64,000 bases of DNA from Phoronis australis. Taxonomy: Eukaryota; Animalia; Phoronida. This document shows, piece by piece, positions 26,738-40,230 of this stretch (positions are counted from its first letter, which is position 1; every line of letters starts with the position of its first letter). The translations under genes were made by a program, and so were the position numbers. The DNA lies in the NCBI GenBank assembly GCA_002633005.1, contig NMRA01000033.1:131012-195011 (forward strand), in the 5' to 3' direction. The notes beneath the pieces are model-generated. The model saw only the letters and a program-made list of their open reading frames with translations, had not been told where the DNA came from and made no database searches.

Positions 26738-26912
26738 CTTCGATGCATACAACGTGTTCTCTAATTTGCTGCTGGGTTAAAACATCGGGAATCGCTTCAA
26801 TCAAATCATAAATCGCGTAAATACTGGGATGAACACTTTCAAATCGCTGAATTTCTTGCCGTATCATCAACGAATTGTTGACGTTTGGCTGTGCATGCGT
26901 CCTGGGATTCAT
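26738..26912 (-). CDS. AGAP1: AGAP/centaurin-gamma coding exon 1 (MNPRTHAQ...[21 protein letters not shown]...HVVCIE)
   Basis: ATG at 26912; [18 protein letters not shown] matches the AGAP1/3-CenG1A N-terminus; phase-1 G|GTGAG donor. Confidence 0.93.
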
Positions 26913-26989
26913 GTCCCTAATGTCCACAGCTACCTCAAAGAGTAATCCTGCATTTTACGACAAAAATCGGAGAAACAAACTCCAACAAC

Positions 26990-27110
26990 ACCACAATATT
27001 TTCAAAATGGCCTTGTCAATAAACTGCGCATGTGCAATGTAAATAGCTGGCTTCCTCTTAGCTTCGTACCTCGCCGCCAGGATCGCTTTTCAAAGCGCTG
27101 CAGCAAAATA
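26990..27110 (-). promoter_or_regulatory. Probable proximal promoter of AGAP
   Basis: NRF1-like TGCGCATGTGCA at about 27025 and YY1-like AAAATGGCC, about 100 bp upstream of the ATG. Confidence 0.55.
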
Positions 27111-29512
27111 ATTCCTCTTGGAATGTACCCTACCTGATCATCAAAATTTTACTACTTGACCTTCTCAATAATTTTCAAATGCTCCCCTAATGTGAATGAG
27201 ATCAAACAGTTGAAACCAAGCTATTGCGAAACCGAGTTATGTTCGTTTCCGACAGACAAAGTTTATGAGTTTCGGTTAATTTGTGACGAGTCTCCTGCGG
27301 GGGGGGGGGCGTGGCTTTGTTACGTCCCCACCCTACCCAGCAATGCAGGATAGAGTTCAATAAAGCTAATACCTAGCTAGAAAATCAAGCATTTGCGTGA
27401 TTTCGAAATGCATTTTCAATGAGAGCAGTGTGATTTAAACTAGATTTTTCTAGCCACGAGTCAGAAAGTTACTCTACTCAGGCTGAGTATGGGAACAAGA
27501 GGAGGCGGCGTGGTTCCGTCAGCGGAAAAAGAGTCGATGTGGGCCAAAAAAACAAATTGGTTCCGTCTGGTCTTTGTTTTTTTTTTTGAAAATCGAGTCC
27601 GTGTGGCATATTTTTAGTAGCTCACTTTTTCAAAAATAAAAGTCCACGTAAGATGAGCAAAATCATGAGACGGATGCGAGATGTTCTTTTACTGATTGCC
27701 AGGCATTAAGGCTTTTCAAATTGAAAAAAACGAAAAGAAATGACTGAAATTGATGCGGGTGGCTTTTTTTCTCGAAATGACTCAATACAAATTTTAGTTG
27801 CAATGCCGTTTAATCGCCATCCAGTAAAAATGCAATGATGCTCTATATTTAAAAGTCCAGTTGTATCGGAGACATCAACGCAAAACCAAACTTACATGCA
27901 AAATTAAGTGTGGTTGAAGTATCTGTTAATGTAATCTTGATATATATCGTCATTTAACACCATGTGCAGCAATATCTCGGAAATTTATTTTCAATTGCTG
28001 GCTTAATATGTGGTTCTTCTTTCTACGAGCATGCCGCACTGGTTCAACGGCAGAAAACTTAACACTGAGCCTTTTAGAGCGTCAATTACTATTTCTGTAC
28101 AACACCAAGGAGAGATGGTACTGATGAGCCGGGCTATAATCACCCCCAAGAACAAATATTCCGTCACATTCTCAATATGATTTATAGAAAACCGTGTTTG
28201 GCTCGCCCTCATTTGGTAAAATATTCGTCAGTTTTCTAACTACGTTATCGTATACTCCTCTTTTTATGTGGAGCAATGTATTGATGAACGTTGTTTGGAA
28301 CGAACTTGCTTTGACTCATGACAAAGGACTGGAAGAACTCAGAGTTCCTGGGGTTGACAGTGAATTACTTCCAAGCTAAACAGAGTCCACTTTACAAATG
28401 AAAATGAACATGACCCTTCTTTTAAGAAAGGTCAGTTGGCCAAATTGAAAAAAACATGCGTCTCCAGCCAGACTGGCAACCAAAGCAACTGCGTGTCAAA
28501 ACTCACATCAAATTTCGAATTGTAAGTTCAACAATTTTGCACACATAACAGACTCAGGAGACTACGTCCGAATTGATACTTTTATTACTCATGAATTTAG
28601 CACATTAACATCCAGTTGTATTGTACTAAGTCTCGCCATGGATTACAGTGGCATAGAACGCGAAAGACAGAATAAATTGCATTACCCAAAGTGGTTCTCT
28701 GCCTCTGAAACATAAGTCAAATTGGTCACCAGGTATTTTTACGGTTTGTTCGGTTTGTTAACGCATTTTCATACAGTTTCAATTTTTAAAAATATATGTA
28801 TCTGCATGCGCGCACCCAGCCTTCAATGTGGGGGGCTAGAATTTCTGTCGATGTGGACCTTTTGCTGACAAAATATCGGCTAGACTAANAAAAAAACAAT
28901 GGCGATTATGCGATTGGGAAACAACTAGAAAATACGAATGGAAAAGTAAATACAGTAGAAATTTTACCTCACTCGCATGAGCGCTTTGTTATTCTTTGGT
29001 TGATACTTTACGCGGGCCCAAATCTGGGAATACGAGTGGCAAATAAGCAGACACTCGTGTTTTCAAGCGACCATTTTCGGCTGCGTCGAGGGCTGGGTGG
29101 GTATTTTTATGCATATCCTGCCGATTCTTAGCACTTATCGTTTAATAGTAATTGCACAACATTGAATGCACTTCGATACCTGCCATTTTGCAGGCTAACA
29201 AAATGGTCAAATTTTTCTCGCACCATCTTTTAAAATACGACCTAGTACGATTTTAGTGTTTCACATTTTGGCACATGCGTCCAATTCCATACCTAAAATA
29301 TGGGAGCGCTCACATATTCTGTCATTCAAAATTCGCCACTCCCCCACCCCATCATCCAGATTACGTCATCACCATCGAACCCTCGTTTTTGGAAGAACCG
29401 ACAGTTCGTTGGAGACTCCGTCACGTCCTACAGGCCGATTGTGCAGTGTTAAGTTTCGGCCGCGATCGTGGGCGGCACACCATCGGGGGCTAGGAGGGCT
29501 ATAGACCCTCAC

Positions 29513-29534
29513 TTTTTTCAGTGCTGCGCCGCAT
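29513..29534 (-). CDS. Candidate alternative first coding exon of AGAP (MRRSTEK)
   Basis: ATG followed by a phase-1 A|GTGAGG donor compatible with exon 2; lies in CpG-rich DNA downstream of a CRE cluster. Confidence 0.35.
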
Positions 29535-29714
29535 ACTGTGATGGAGTGGGTCTGCCGCTTGTCTGTACAAATGTTTACAAGGTAAACCAAAAGAAATATG
29601 AGCAAATCTTGGAAGCGTGAAACGGCGGGTCCCGGCTTGGAATCGGTCAATTCCGATAGGTGAACCAGTTTCCTAACATTATGTACCCACTGGGATGGAG
29701 ATACTCTAATAAAC

Positions 29715-29845
29715 CACACGATGACGTCACCATGAGTCTAACCCCTCACCTGTCATAAATCGTTATCTGCTCCACCCCCTCTCAACTGATGACGTAATAA
29801 GCACATCGCGTGAACATTCTTTGGTCAAATAAATGGCGTCACCTA
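29715..29845. promoter_or_regulatory. CRE/YY1 motif cluster, possible distal promoter
   Basis: TGACGTCA at 29722-29729, TGACGTAA at 29790, AAATGGCG at about 29831, beside a CpG-rich segment. Confidence 0.45.
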
Positions 29846-32800
29846 TTGAACCGGCAATCTAAAAGATTTTCAAATGTGAAGCCAAAAATATCTAACAACG
29901 CCATCAGCAAACCTAACACTTGTATTTGATTTACAGTGGGTATCACTTATGATCGAATGCGACAAGTTTGGGAAACTTGGAAAATTCATACCAAAATGTG
30001 GAAAATTTAGCCCAGTTCAAATTAGTAACACTCGAAAAAATGGCACTACAAGCGTTACAAACGCTCCCATTTACATCCTGAACGAGATAAAAACAATTAG
30101 AAAAATATAGTTCAAGTTTATTATAATATTTACATATATATATTCTATATTTATACTGCTGGAAGTGTAGATCGCTTTCACATAGACTCTACCACTGTAC
30201 ACCGTTTAGCAGATAGATTTTTTTTGCCGAAATCGATGACATCAGGCGAAAAGGACAACTGTAAACAAAAAATACTATAATTTTGCATATCCCCGTCGGT
30301 GCCCTACACAGTGATACAATCTAGCTAGCCTTTAAAACCACACACGTTATTTAATTTCCAGCAATCAGCACAATGTAAAAGAATTTCTGTACAAATGTCA
30401 GAGACAATCAATATAAAACGCCCCCTCTCGTGTGTGCATAATTCCAGGTGAGTACAAAATTCATTATTTTCTTATTTACAATTAACATTAGGCCAAAATT
30501 TAAAATTTTCAGAGTCAGTCATTTTACAGTGCACAATTTGGACTGTGTCCACAGAAATGTGACAATTAAAAAGAAGGACAGACACGAGAGAGAGTAATCT
30601 GGACAAACGTGCTCCTGACACTCAACCATCTTCAATGGCTATTTAAAATGAAGAAATTGAGGTCATGGTGAAACAATTCCTATAATAAACATGGCAATTA
30701 TTTCATGTTCCAGAGCCATCACTGCAACACATGCATCTCTGGCTCCCCTGTGAGAAATATAGAATCAAGTCCCTATACATGCAAAATGGTACATGTTCAA
30801 TATACCTAATCAATCTGAACACATATGCCATTTTTATGCAAGGACCTTTGAAGTGAGCAGTTTGCCAACTCTCCAAAGTGAACCAGTCTATAATTCTTAC
30901 AACAGTCAAACGGGTGAAAGGCATGAAGCCAATATGGGTCCCGACTTGATACAGACCACAGAATGAGACACATGTCACTGCTTTACACTGTTATCTCTGT
31001 CGTGTCCGAGAGTTTGGACGTTACACCTTGGTGCTTATTGGGTCTTACATTCCACACAACCATTTCAGAAAAATATTTAAATCTCACCTGAGCAAAAGTG
31101 CAAAATCTCTGCGAATATACACATAACTGCTAGTTAACGAGACATTTTTTATAAATAATTTTTAGACTGTGGTGAGCTCATAACTGCTTGGCTAAACCTT
31201 TATTCTCCATCTGTGAAGTAAGAGTGTAAAACCAAATATCTGACTTCAAGTCACTTTACATGAAACGGACACCTGGACACAAAAAATAGAAAATGAACAT
31301 TCTTGCCATGGCTTTTCTATGAGGTGTAGTGTATTTCCCATCTGACACAGATGCTACAGGCTGCCATTAATGCAAGTCTAACTATATCATAGTGTTTACC
31401 ATAGGTGAACACAAAACTACGATGCCCCACTAGCTAGGTAACATTGCAAGAAAAAATCATCAAGCTAAATATTTCAACAACATATCAACCTACATTTATA
31501 CAAAAGTATGAAGAAACTACCCGGTGCGCTGCATGGGAGGCTCCTTTTAATTCCGTGTACAATCAACTAATTGGTGATAATAGGTTTGTCTGTAACTTTT
31601 GAACATTCATCACACATTCAAAATAATTAGTGCCCTCGCAATAGGCTATTTTCATAAAACAATGACAAACGATTACCCGGGAAAGGTGACACCAGCTGAC
31701 AAGGGGGCAAATCTAATCAGTGGAAACTCATATCCACATAAAACTTTCTGTTGCAAGTCCCAATAAGTAAATCGTTCACACCCCATAGCCCTTATCATGC
31801 CGAGCTCATTCATACAGTCAAGTAAACTTGAGCAATGCAGATTAAGTGCCTTGCTCATGGACAAAACTGGACTACTGTACAAGCCAACAGTATTCAGACA
31901 AAATGACCCAGAATTCCCCCATCAAGATGGCTGGGTGGAATCTGAATTCACCATCACAGCTCGTCTTTTGTAAGATGGCTACAGAGAGCCATTCTGTAAC
32001 TAGAATTTTGCCTTCTTGATGTTATTACCAATTTTTGCTGCCAACAGATTCAGCCGTAACAGTGGTGGAAGGGTATTTCGTCTGATTACTTTTGTCTTGT
32101 AGTGTACAGCAGCCTGCGATTAACCCAACGACCTCTGGTTGAGAGCCTACCACACTCACCATTGAACTACGCAGGCACTGCTGACGAATCGAAATAGTTC
32201 TGCCAAAATTATAAACTTGGAAGTAAAGTACATCTGCATATAGAATACACCCATAGGTGACACCATGTGTCATCGGCCCATGTGATCATTTGTCATTGCT
32301 TGGCGAGAGTTGCCTTTTACGGGATCCATTAGTAACAGCGCTACATAAAACTCACAGCTTAGGGTCTGTACATGACATGACAATCAAGCTAGAAACATAA
32401 GCAAGTTACATATACAAACATTACACGATGCAATATAAAAATAGAACTCTAACATATCCAAGTCATTTTCTTTTGCATCTCATCTTTGATAGCGTTAATC
32501 TCTGCAATCTTGCAGAGAAAATGTTCAGCGATTAGTAAACAAAATATTCTGCAGTAACAAAATTTGAAATCAACCAATGTAGCTTTCACCAGATGCAACT
32601 TGCGCCACAAGGTCATTATTTTGACACCTTGTGACAAATCTTACTGCTTGGTGAAATCGAGTGAAACAGTAATTTGTTACATCCAACAATGGAGAACAAA
32701 ATCTTGATTTTGACTAATTATCTGAAAGACAAACAACCTGTAAGATCTCAACCTCCTGCAGAGAGTACAACACACTGCAATGGCATTCCAATGCTACATT

Positions 32801-35223
32801 GATAAATTTCAAACAAAAATGAGAACTCGAAAACGTGGATTATCACCTCTTCTTTTGCTCTATATCAGACACAATTATTCGTGTTTAAAAATAATCTTGA
32901 ATAACAAATCTTAATCTCCACTGAAGACTACACACAGCACAAGTTGCGGAATAGTGGCCATTATTCAGTCGACGAGAACTTAGCTCTGTTCAGAAAAAAA
33001 TTCAATTCTACATCCGACAATCTTCACATTAACCGAGATATGCCAATGAAAGTGAATCATGACCAATTCCACAACTCAGAACACATGCAACGTGGTGTTT
33101 CAATAATGCACACGAGGTGTGTTACAGTACACGTCGATGCAATCAGACAAAACACAGTTCACCTCTATGACGTCTAAAAAGACTGAAAATGAACTGTCGA
33201 TACAGCAAATTTCTCGTGACTGAACAGCACTTCACTTTACTTGCTTTCTGGTAAATTCCCTTTTGTTCCCGGTCATGACGGATGGAAATTGTGTCAATGA
33301 ATTCGGTTCCCATCCAGCAGTCACAAAGAGGAACATCATATCAACTAGTCCAGCTGAATGCTTTTGCCGTGTACTGTATTTAATAATATTAAGTACATTT
33401 TACTCATCACAAAGGTATACTCATTAGGCGTATAACTGAGGCCCTGCGAAGAATACGACCCCACAGTGACCCCTGTGGGACATAACACATGATAATCCTA
33501 CGCATACTTTACATGACCACAGGAGTTCACAAAGTACTAGCTTATCTTAGGGTCACCATGCAAATTTCCCCTAAACAGGCATGGTGCATTAGTTAAAGAC
33601 GCACTGCCCGACATATTCCTTAATATTAGCAGACGACTCCTGAAGCGAATAGCAAGTGTCCTGATTACTACGGCTCTCTACACGATGACGGAAAAACTTC
33701 ACTTTTGCGTGAAATACATTGTGTATGTCACAATACACCATTGAAGTTCTTGCAATTAAGTTAAAAGTGAGCTACCACAGAGAGCCCTGTTGCAGAGCAA
33801 GGAGTTCTTTCATACACCGCCAGGTGGCACCAGTGGTGACCACTAACTTGTTATTAGTGTACACAGATACGCTTATCAATAAGTCAATATGTCGACAGTA
33901 TTGAGCATTTTTGTTCAACTTACTGAATATGCAAGGATAAGAATAGATGCATTAAGTGACCCATATGAATAACCTAGCAAACTGTGCACTCCAGTCACCA
34001 ATGGTGTAAACTGAGCCGAGTGTGCACACCCAACACCAACAAAGATCAATCATAGACTGTGCACTTGGTAATTCTCATTCACAACTTTTCAGGCACAAAA
34101 AAGTAAGACGAGGATAATTTTACGAACACATTAATGCTTTGGTGCTTCATTAATTGGATATTTAATAAAATGAAACCATTAAAAGAAATAGTGTCTCTCA
34201 CGTTCACAGCGGACAGTCCAACATATTTAACTCTGTCGATGTGATTCAGCCAGAACCAGAGCAGTAAATGACAACTGCATTCATGAGATGTGGCTGAAAT
34301 AATCTACTATGAAAATTATAAACATTATCTTACTCAAAACAGTATCATTTCTCCTCTTTCTTTTCATGAATTGGATGGCAGAATTTCCATTTCTGACACA
34401 ACACCCAACAAACTCGTAGCTTGGCAAGTCTTGTTGACAAATAATTTCCATATTCCCATCATTGATCAGTGACAATACAATTAGAAACACCCCCGCACTG
34501 TGCATTTTACTAATCAAGATGAATGTAAAACTGAACCGAAAGGTTACAACACACCACAACTTTGATTTGCAGCCAGTTTGACTACATAATAGCCAACACA
34601 GAAAGCAATGACATGTCCTAACTTTTGCATTCAGACTTACTGTTGAGCCAATTTGAGAAAAATCTCGAAACCTTTTTCACAAAAAATGACTACCGCATAA
34701 TGCAAAAACTCATCATAACAAACAATTGCTTTGAAACAACTCAACAACAGCAGCGGTGACGAAATGTAAACATGTCTGCCAATCCACAAGCACTTGAAGC
34801 CTTGAAACTTAAAACAGTGTCCAGCGCAGAAATTTGAAATGGAAATACCAAACTAACACCGCATAAATGAAAATTTTCTTGCCAGATAAGAGAGGGCGAT
34901 ACTTGCACCACCGGTGCATACTACTCTTCAGCCAGTCTTTGTTTTCTGTTGACCCGTATAATCTTCAACCTGCCACTCGATCGACTTCAAAATTCCAGCA
35001 CACACATTTCTACAACTCCACCACTGTGAATGACAAACTAAATTTTCATATTCACTTCGACGTCGGAGGCCAACAAATTAATGAAAAATTCTGTATCGTA
35101 GCCTCGGCGTTGATATGACAGAACACTTCTGATGATGACGATTACAAGTATGATGAAGATGGTGATGATGACAGTGGTGGTACTCCTGACTGGTGACGTC
35201 CGTGTAGTGTATGCATAACATTA

Positions 35224-35346
35224 CTATGTGTTGCCGTTCTTTAAGACTGTGTATATGTTATCCACCTTGCCGAGACCCTCAAAGAACGGGATCAAGTCAA
35301 GTAGTTCAGTGTCGGACATGTCGTCAAACCAAGAGGCTACAGGCAC
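35224..35346 (-). CDS. CTDSPL: CTDSP last coding exon ([23 protein letters not shown]...NT*)
   Basis: TTGCAG acceptor, [11 protein letters not shown] motif, TAG stop at 35224-35226. Confidence 0.96.
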   Translation of the reverse strand: MPVASWFDDMSDTELLDLIPFFEGLGKVDNIYTVLKNGNT

Positions 35347-36458
35347 CTGCAAGGAAAACAAGGTTATCGTAACAACCAAAAAATAATCCCAGTAAAAAGC
35401 AAATCCTGTAACACGTAACTACATGTTTTTGAACAGCTTCATAAAATTTACAAAAGAAAAATTGGCACAACGCCACCTAATATGCTTACAGAATTGCCCC
35501 CAGATTATAAACCAAAACTTTTGATAATTTGTAAGAAATTTTTGCATTCTCAGAAAAGGCTGTCTATTAATACCTTTTACCTGCAGACACACCATGTCAA
35601 TTGTGACTAAGAAATTGTAAAGTTGAATGCTATGCGAATAGCTAGTTTTCTTTGAACAACTTTTTTGCACCAGTCAAAGATACTTTACAGCAATAAGAAT
35701 CAATTTCAAACCTTCTTTCACAATTTGAACTGACAAGTACATAGCTTTAAAACTGATTCTGAAGAATTCCTTGAACAGACCGCAATTGAAAGTGGCTATA
35801 AAGCCGCCTTCCATCAAAAACAACCACTTATCAAGGGCTTGGTCTCAAATTGCTCCTAAGTCAAATAAGAGGATATGTCTGGGCTTGAAAAGAAGTGCTA
35901 GACAAGTTCGTTATTGCTGGAGACCGGCCTCTGCAAGTTGACTTGTCAGGACCTCTCAGTAATTCAGCGAGCATGGTCTTCAGGAATAATGAACTGAAAT
36001 GATATGGGGTCTAAATCAAAAGTTCGCTTGTTTGAGGGAAAGTGGTTTTACAGCCAATTTAAACACGGGGATTATAAGAAGAAATGATTTGAAAGTTGTT
36101 ATTATTATCATTATCATTATTATTATGGCATGTCTTCACATATTTAGCATACAATATGTCAGACAAGGAAAATTTAACTTCGGTTAATTTCACAACAAAA
36201 TTAAGTATTAAGAAAATTTTAACCCATTTTTTGCCTGGTTTGTTCCGTGTGGATGACATAAAAAACACCAACATTTGCCAAATGTTTACATTATGGTAAT
36301 CAACATTTGAAAAAACAATTTTGGAAATCACTTTCGTGTAACATAAATGAAAAATTACGATATCAGTGTTATATTCCAAGACCAACCACGAATCATGCAT
36401 TTGCACAATTCCGTTAAATACGAGAAATCTTGTGGCATCCGGAGCCTCGTCTACTCAC

Positions 36459-36545
36459 CGCATTGTCGGGATGGAAGATGTAGGAAGCAGGGGAATTGTC
36501 TATAATGACCACTTTGTGGAGATCACGGCCCAACCGACTGAGGTC
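36459..36545 (-). CDS. CTDSPL: CTDSP exon ([29 protein letters not shown])
   Basis: 87 nt, AG/GTGAG boundaries, DNSP motif. Confidence 0.97.
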
Positions 36546-37119
36546 CTGTAATGGAGAGGGGGCAGTACAAGTCACAGGTCAAATGTTGTGCAGGAACGAA
36601 AGGCAGTCAGGACAGTGAGTGGCGACAGTAGTTAACAATAAATGTAACAGTTATAAAGTTTATATTACGGTAAAATATTCTCCAGTTTAGGACAGCAAAA
36701 TAAAAAATTTCTTTTTTCTAAAAATTGGGCCACAGGCGATTTTGACATTCATGATATTTCTAATATATTGGAAACTGCGCGTTTTGTATCAACAATCTAA
36801 AATTACACTTGACAGTTGATAAAGTAGCCACTGGCGTAACGTTTTTCATGTCCCCATAGTGTGTAATGTTTACGGAACGATCGTTTGTCACTCATTGTAA
36901 TTTTTTAATTTGGCACGGCCAGTATTGTATACTTCTAAAATTTGGTGGTATAAGCTCTTACCTTGAGCAAAACAATTTTTAAAATCCAAAGTTGGAGAAT
37001 GTTTACGGTAGTACACTTTGGTAAAAGTCCGAAATTAATACAGTGATGATGACTGTGTGTACTACTGTTATCTATGTCTATGATAAGACAATTGATCAGT
37101 GGCTTGAAACTTGATCACA

Positions 37120-37490
37120 AAGCTTTATGTACTCGAATGCAACAAACTCAAAATGTAGAGAGGCCGCTGGGGAACACAGCTTTACGATTATTGACAGTGA
37201 TACTAATCGCTACTGCTTGAAACTGAGTGAAGCCATTCACATTCAGCGTTCGTAAACACCCTCACTCAATGCACAGGTTTCCCATGAGTCGTCAACATTC
37301 TTACACTGAGTTGTGATTTGCTGATTGCTAGCCAATCCTGAAATTTTTGCGCGTTTTGGAATTTTCTGTGTATTGTACCTGTAGCCATCCTGGCATCCAT
37401 TCTCTGAATAAAGCTTGACAACGGTGGATGTTTTACTGCCGAAACATGTCGCTATATTTTAGAAAAGTTGTCTTTATTCAAACTCAAAAA
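37120..37490 (+). mobile_element. Penelope-like retroelement 3' remnant
   Basis: Translates KCREAAGEHSFTIIDSDTNRYCLKLSEAIHIQRS*TPSLNAQV, like the PLE GIY-YIG C-terminus (F.ILD...LKIKEA.HI...KP.LN); followed by a hammerhead motif. Confidence 0.75.
37410..37456 (+). ncRNA. Minimal type I hammerhead ribozyme motif (U3:A8 variant)
   Basis: AGC-TTGACAA-C-GGTGG-loop-CTGCC-GAAA-CATG-TC-GCT. Confidence 0.65.
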
Positions 37491-37769
37491 GGGTATACAA
37501 TGCATGTAGTTTGATTTTCAGTACATTATTGATACTAAAAAGTGACCCTTGAAGTTAACATTCACCACAGTTGGTAAAAAATCAGACAAGCAATGATGCC
37601 ATAAGTTAAAATTTACATTGATCATTGGTGAAAAAAAACAAGTGTACCCAATACTCATTTTGAGTAGTCGTTTTCAGATTTGGCCATAAAAATTTACCTC
37701 TAGTTGGAGTGGGTACTGAATCTGATCTGTAGATCCTATCAGTATGGCATAATATACTATACTTGTCAC

Positions 37770-37960
37770 TTAAAGGGGCATTTTGCCCTGTTTACCTGGC
37801 TAAAAACAAAGATTGAATCAGCACCTTTACTTTCATCCAATAAGTCTCATAGTAATCCTTACAGCTATAAGATTCTATTTCTTTTACCGACAAGAAAATT
37901 GCAACCAACAGAGACTCAAGAAAATGCTTCAGAATTTATAGGCCGTGAACAATCTTACAA
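37770..37960 (+). mobile_element. TTAA-AGGG-starting (Kolobok-like) non-autonomous element fragment
   Basis: TTAAAGGGGCATTTTGCC also at about 43939; 37795-37950 resembles the reverse complement of 44125-44280. Confidence 0.5.
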
Positions 37961-38103
37961 TTGATCATTTGAAAATGATGCAAACACGCATTGCCTGGAA
38001 TCCTATCATAATAAGGAATACTAAGAGACCGATTTTATAAAATCATAAGGCATAATTGGATTTTGTTTCTTTAAAGGTGAAGTTCTATTATCACTTTCCC
38101 TAC

Positions 38104-38202
38104 CTTTACATAGTTTCCCCGGTGAAAGACACAAGACTCCCTGAATAACCGACAGCGAAAGACACCCCATTTGTCGAGAAGATCTGCGACTGGGTCAGCG
38201 TA
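38104..38202 (-). CDS. CTDSPL: CTDSP exon ([33 protein letters not shown])
   Basis: 99 nt, AG/GT boundaries, family-conserved peptide. Confidence 0.97.
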
Positions 38203-39904
38203 CTGTAACAGAAGAAATGGATAGTCACACATCAACAGATATACCATACATCACATCCAAGCAAATTCTTCACAAGCCATAATGCTCGTTGGGCTCCTTC
38301 CATTGGTCTCTACAGTGCAGGCAAATAAGCGCTCAATTTGTCTCTGCATGTAACGCTAGTCCATCGCAGCTTGCTGTCCAGCCGTAGCCGATTACGGTAA
38401 AATTTCAATAACTTCTGACAAAAATTACCAAAATTGACCTTTATTCATTTTTCAAAAGTTTCTAACATTTTCATGAATGCTGCGTAACAACCGCATCATG
38501 CTTAAGTTGAACTAAAGAATCTTCACTCCAATTCGAAACAAAAAATTTCAGGCTCGTTACTTGTGATATGTGTATCCATGCGTCATCTTGAATGTCAAAA
38601 CACCTAATTAACATCTTCATTAACATGGCAGCACTTCAGGCCACATAGTGTCCCACAAACACAAACACACATGCGAATTCTGTCTATGTATTAGACATCA
38701 CGTCAAACTGAAGTCCGTTCAGCACGCAAAAAGCAGAATTAATCAATTTGTTTTGACATAAACAGTGCAGACAATATGGTAATTGCTCTCTTACTAACAG
38801 AATTCCCCTTGTTTAGCACATACAAGATATGTGTAATCATATGTCAAACTCCAGTTGTATTTATTCCATAAAAGATTCTGCTAAATTTTTTTGAAATTAT
38901 ATAATCACACTTGGTCTTTCACCTAAAAACAAGAAATGAGCCAGTGTCCACGGAGATGTCCAAAACAGGACAGAATCTAACTGCTATGTTTATGGCTCCC
39001 TTGACACGATAAATTAATTACAGAACAATTTGAGCACATGAACTATCTGCAATAAGCAACTCTTGACGTAGTATATGCCCACGCTCTGGTCCCACTAATG
39101 AAGCAAGCCAAATAAAAAAACATCGATGATGACGTCACTCTCTGCACAGGAAAAGATTAAATGATGGAAATTAGCAGACTGTGGTAATAGTTGATTTATC
39201 GACGTCTTAAACTTATTGATCATAGCACTGGTGACATCTACATAAATTTTAGCTCAATGAAATGCACAGCACTAAGCACGCAATTTTAAAGAGCCTACAA
39301 TAACCCGGATTCATAACTGATACGAGCGCCCATGACATCGGAGTGTGCGACAACCACACGCACAAACTTTGAATTGTACAAGCGCACCAACTAATCACTT
39401 GCTCAAGCTACTGAATCCTTGGGAAAGGGGGACAGTGACCACTTTTGGGATAGGGGGTGAAGCTAGGCTTCCAAATTAATACAATGTTTATACCGAGAGC
39501 TAGAATAGCGCCATCTATACCTATTGAAAGAACTTTGCATGCTCCTAGTTATGCTAATGTACAACAAGCATTAAGTGACAGTGTTATTTTAACACAATCT
39601 ACACAATCTACAATGACCACGTATTCATTCATAACTTGTAAATGTGAAAACAAAAAATTCTGCAAATAGGTGGCCTTCGTGCTAATGGTGTACGTCGCAG
39701 GCTCACATAACCCATGTCATGAACTTTTACTCCCCAGCACCACGTGACGATACTTAGTAGGCACTGTTCAGAAATTTGTGGTGATCATTTAGCCACAAAA
39801 CTTGTTCTTAAAAACATTTGGCAATTTTCAATCTACCTCATTACTTGGCGGAATTCTTCGAATTCCGTCAAGTATGTTGCTCTGACAGCAAGTTTTTTTT
39901 TTTT

Positions 39905-40077
39905 NNNNNNNNNNNNNNNNNNNNNNNNNNNNNNNNNNNNNNNNNNNNNNNNNNNNNNNNNNNNNNNNNNNNNNNNNNNNNNNNNNNNNNNNNNNNNNNN
40001 NNNNNNNNNNNNNNNNNNNNNNNNNNNNNNNNNNNNNNNNNNNNNNNNNNNNNNNNNNNNNNNNNNNNNNNNNNNNN
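39905..40077. other. Assembly gap (N run)
   Basis: Run of N; 39603-39842 is repeated at 40231-40470. Confidence 0.99.
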
Positions 40078-40230
40078 ACTTCCGCTTTCCGAGGTGAACG
40101 TCGTCTGCAACGCCGCGGTAAGAAAGGAATTTGCCGTGGAAATTTCATATCAAATCCGATTTTTTTTACGCGGAAATATTATAAAAAAAGCGGAAAGCAC
40201 ATTTCAAAAAAGCGGAAATTCCAAGCCCTG
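40078..40230. mobile_element. End of a hAT-like element next to the assembly gap
   Basis: Ends GCGGAAATTCCAAGCCCTG with repeated GCGGAAA motifs, followed by ACAATCTA. Confidence 0.6.

Noticed and set aside
28121-28160. CTGATGAG hammerhead-like core
   Set aside because: No stem II closing onto a GAAA
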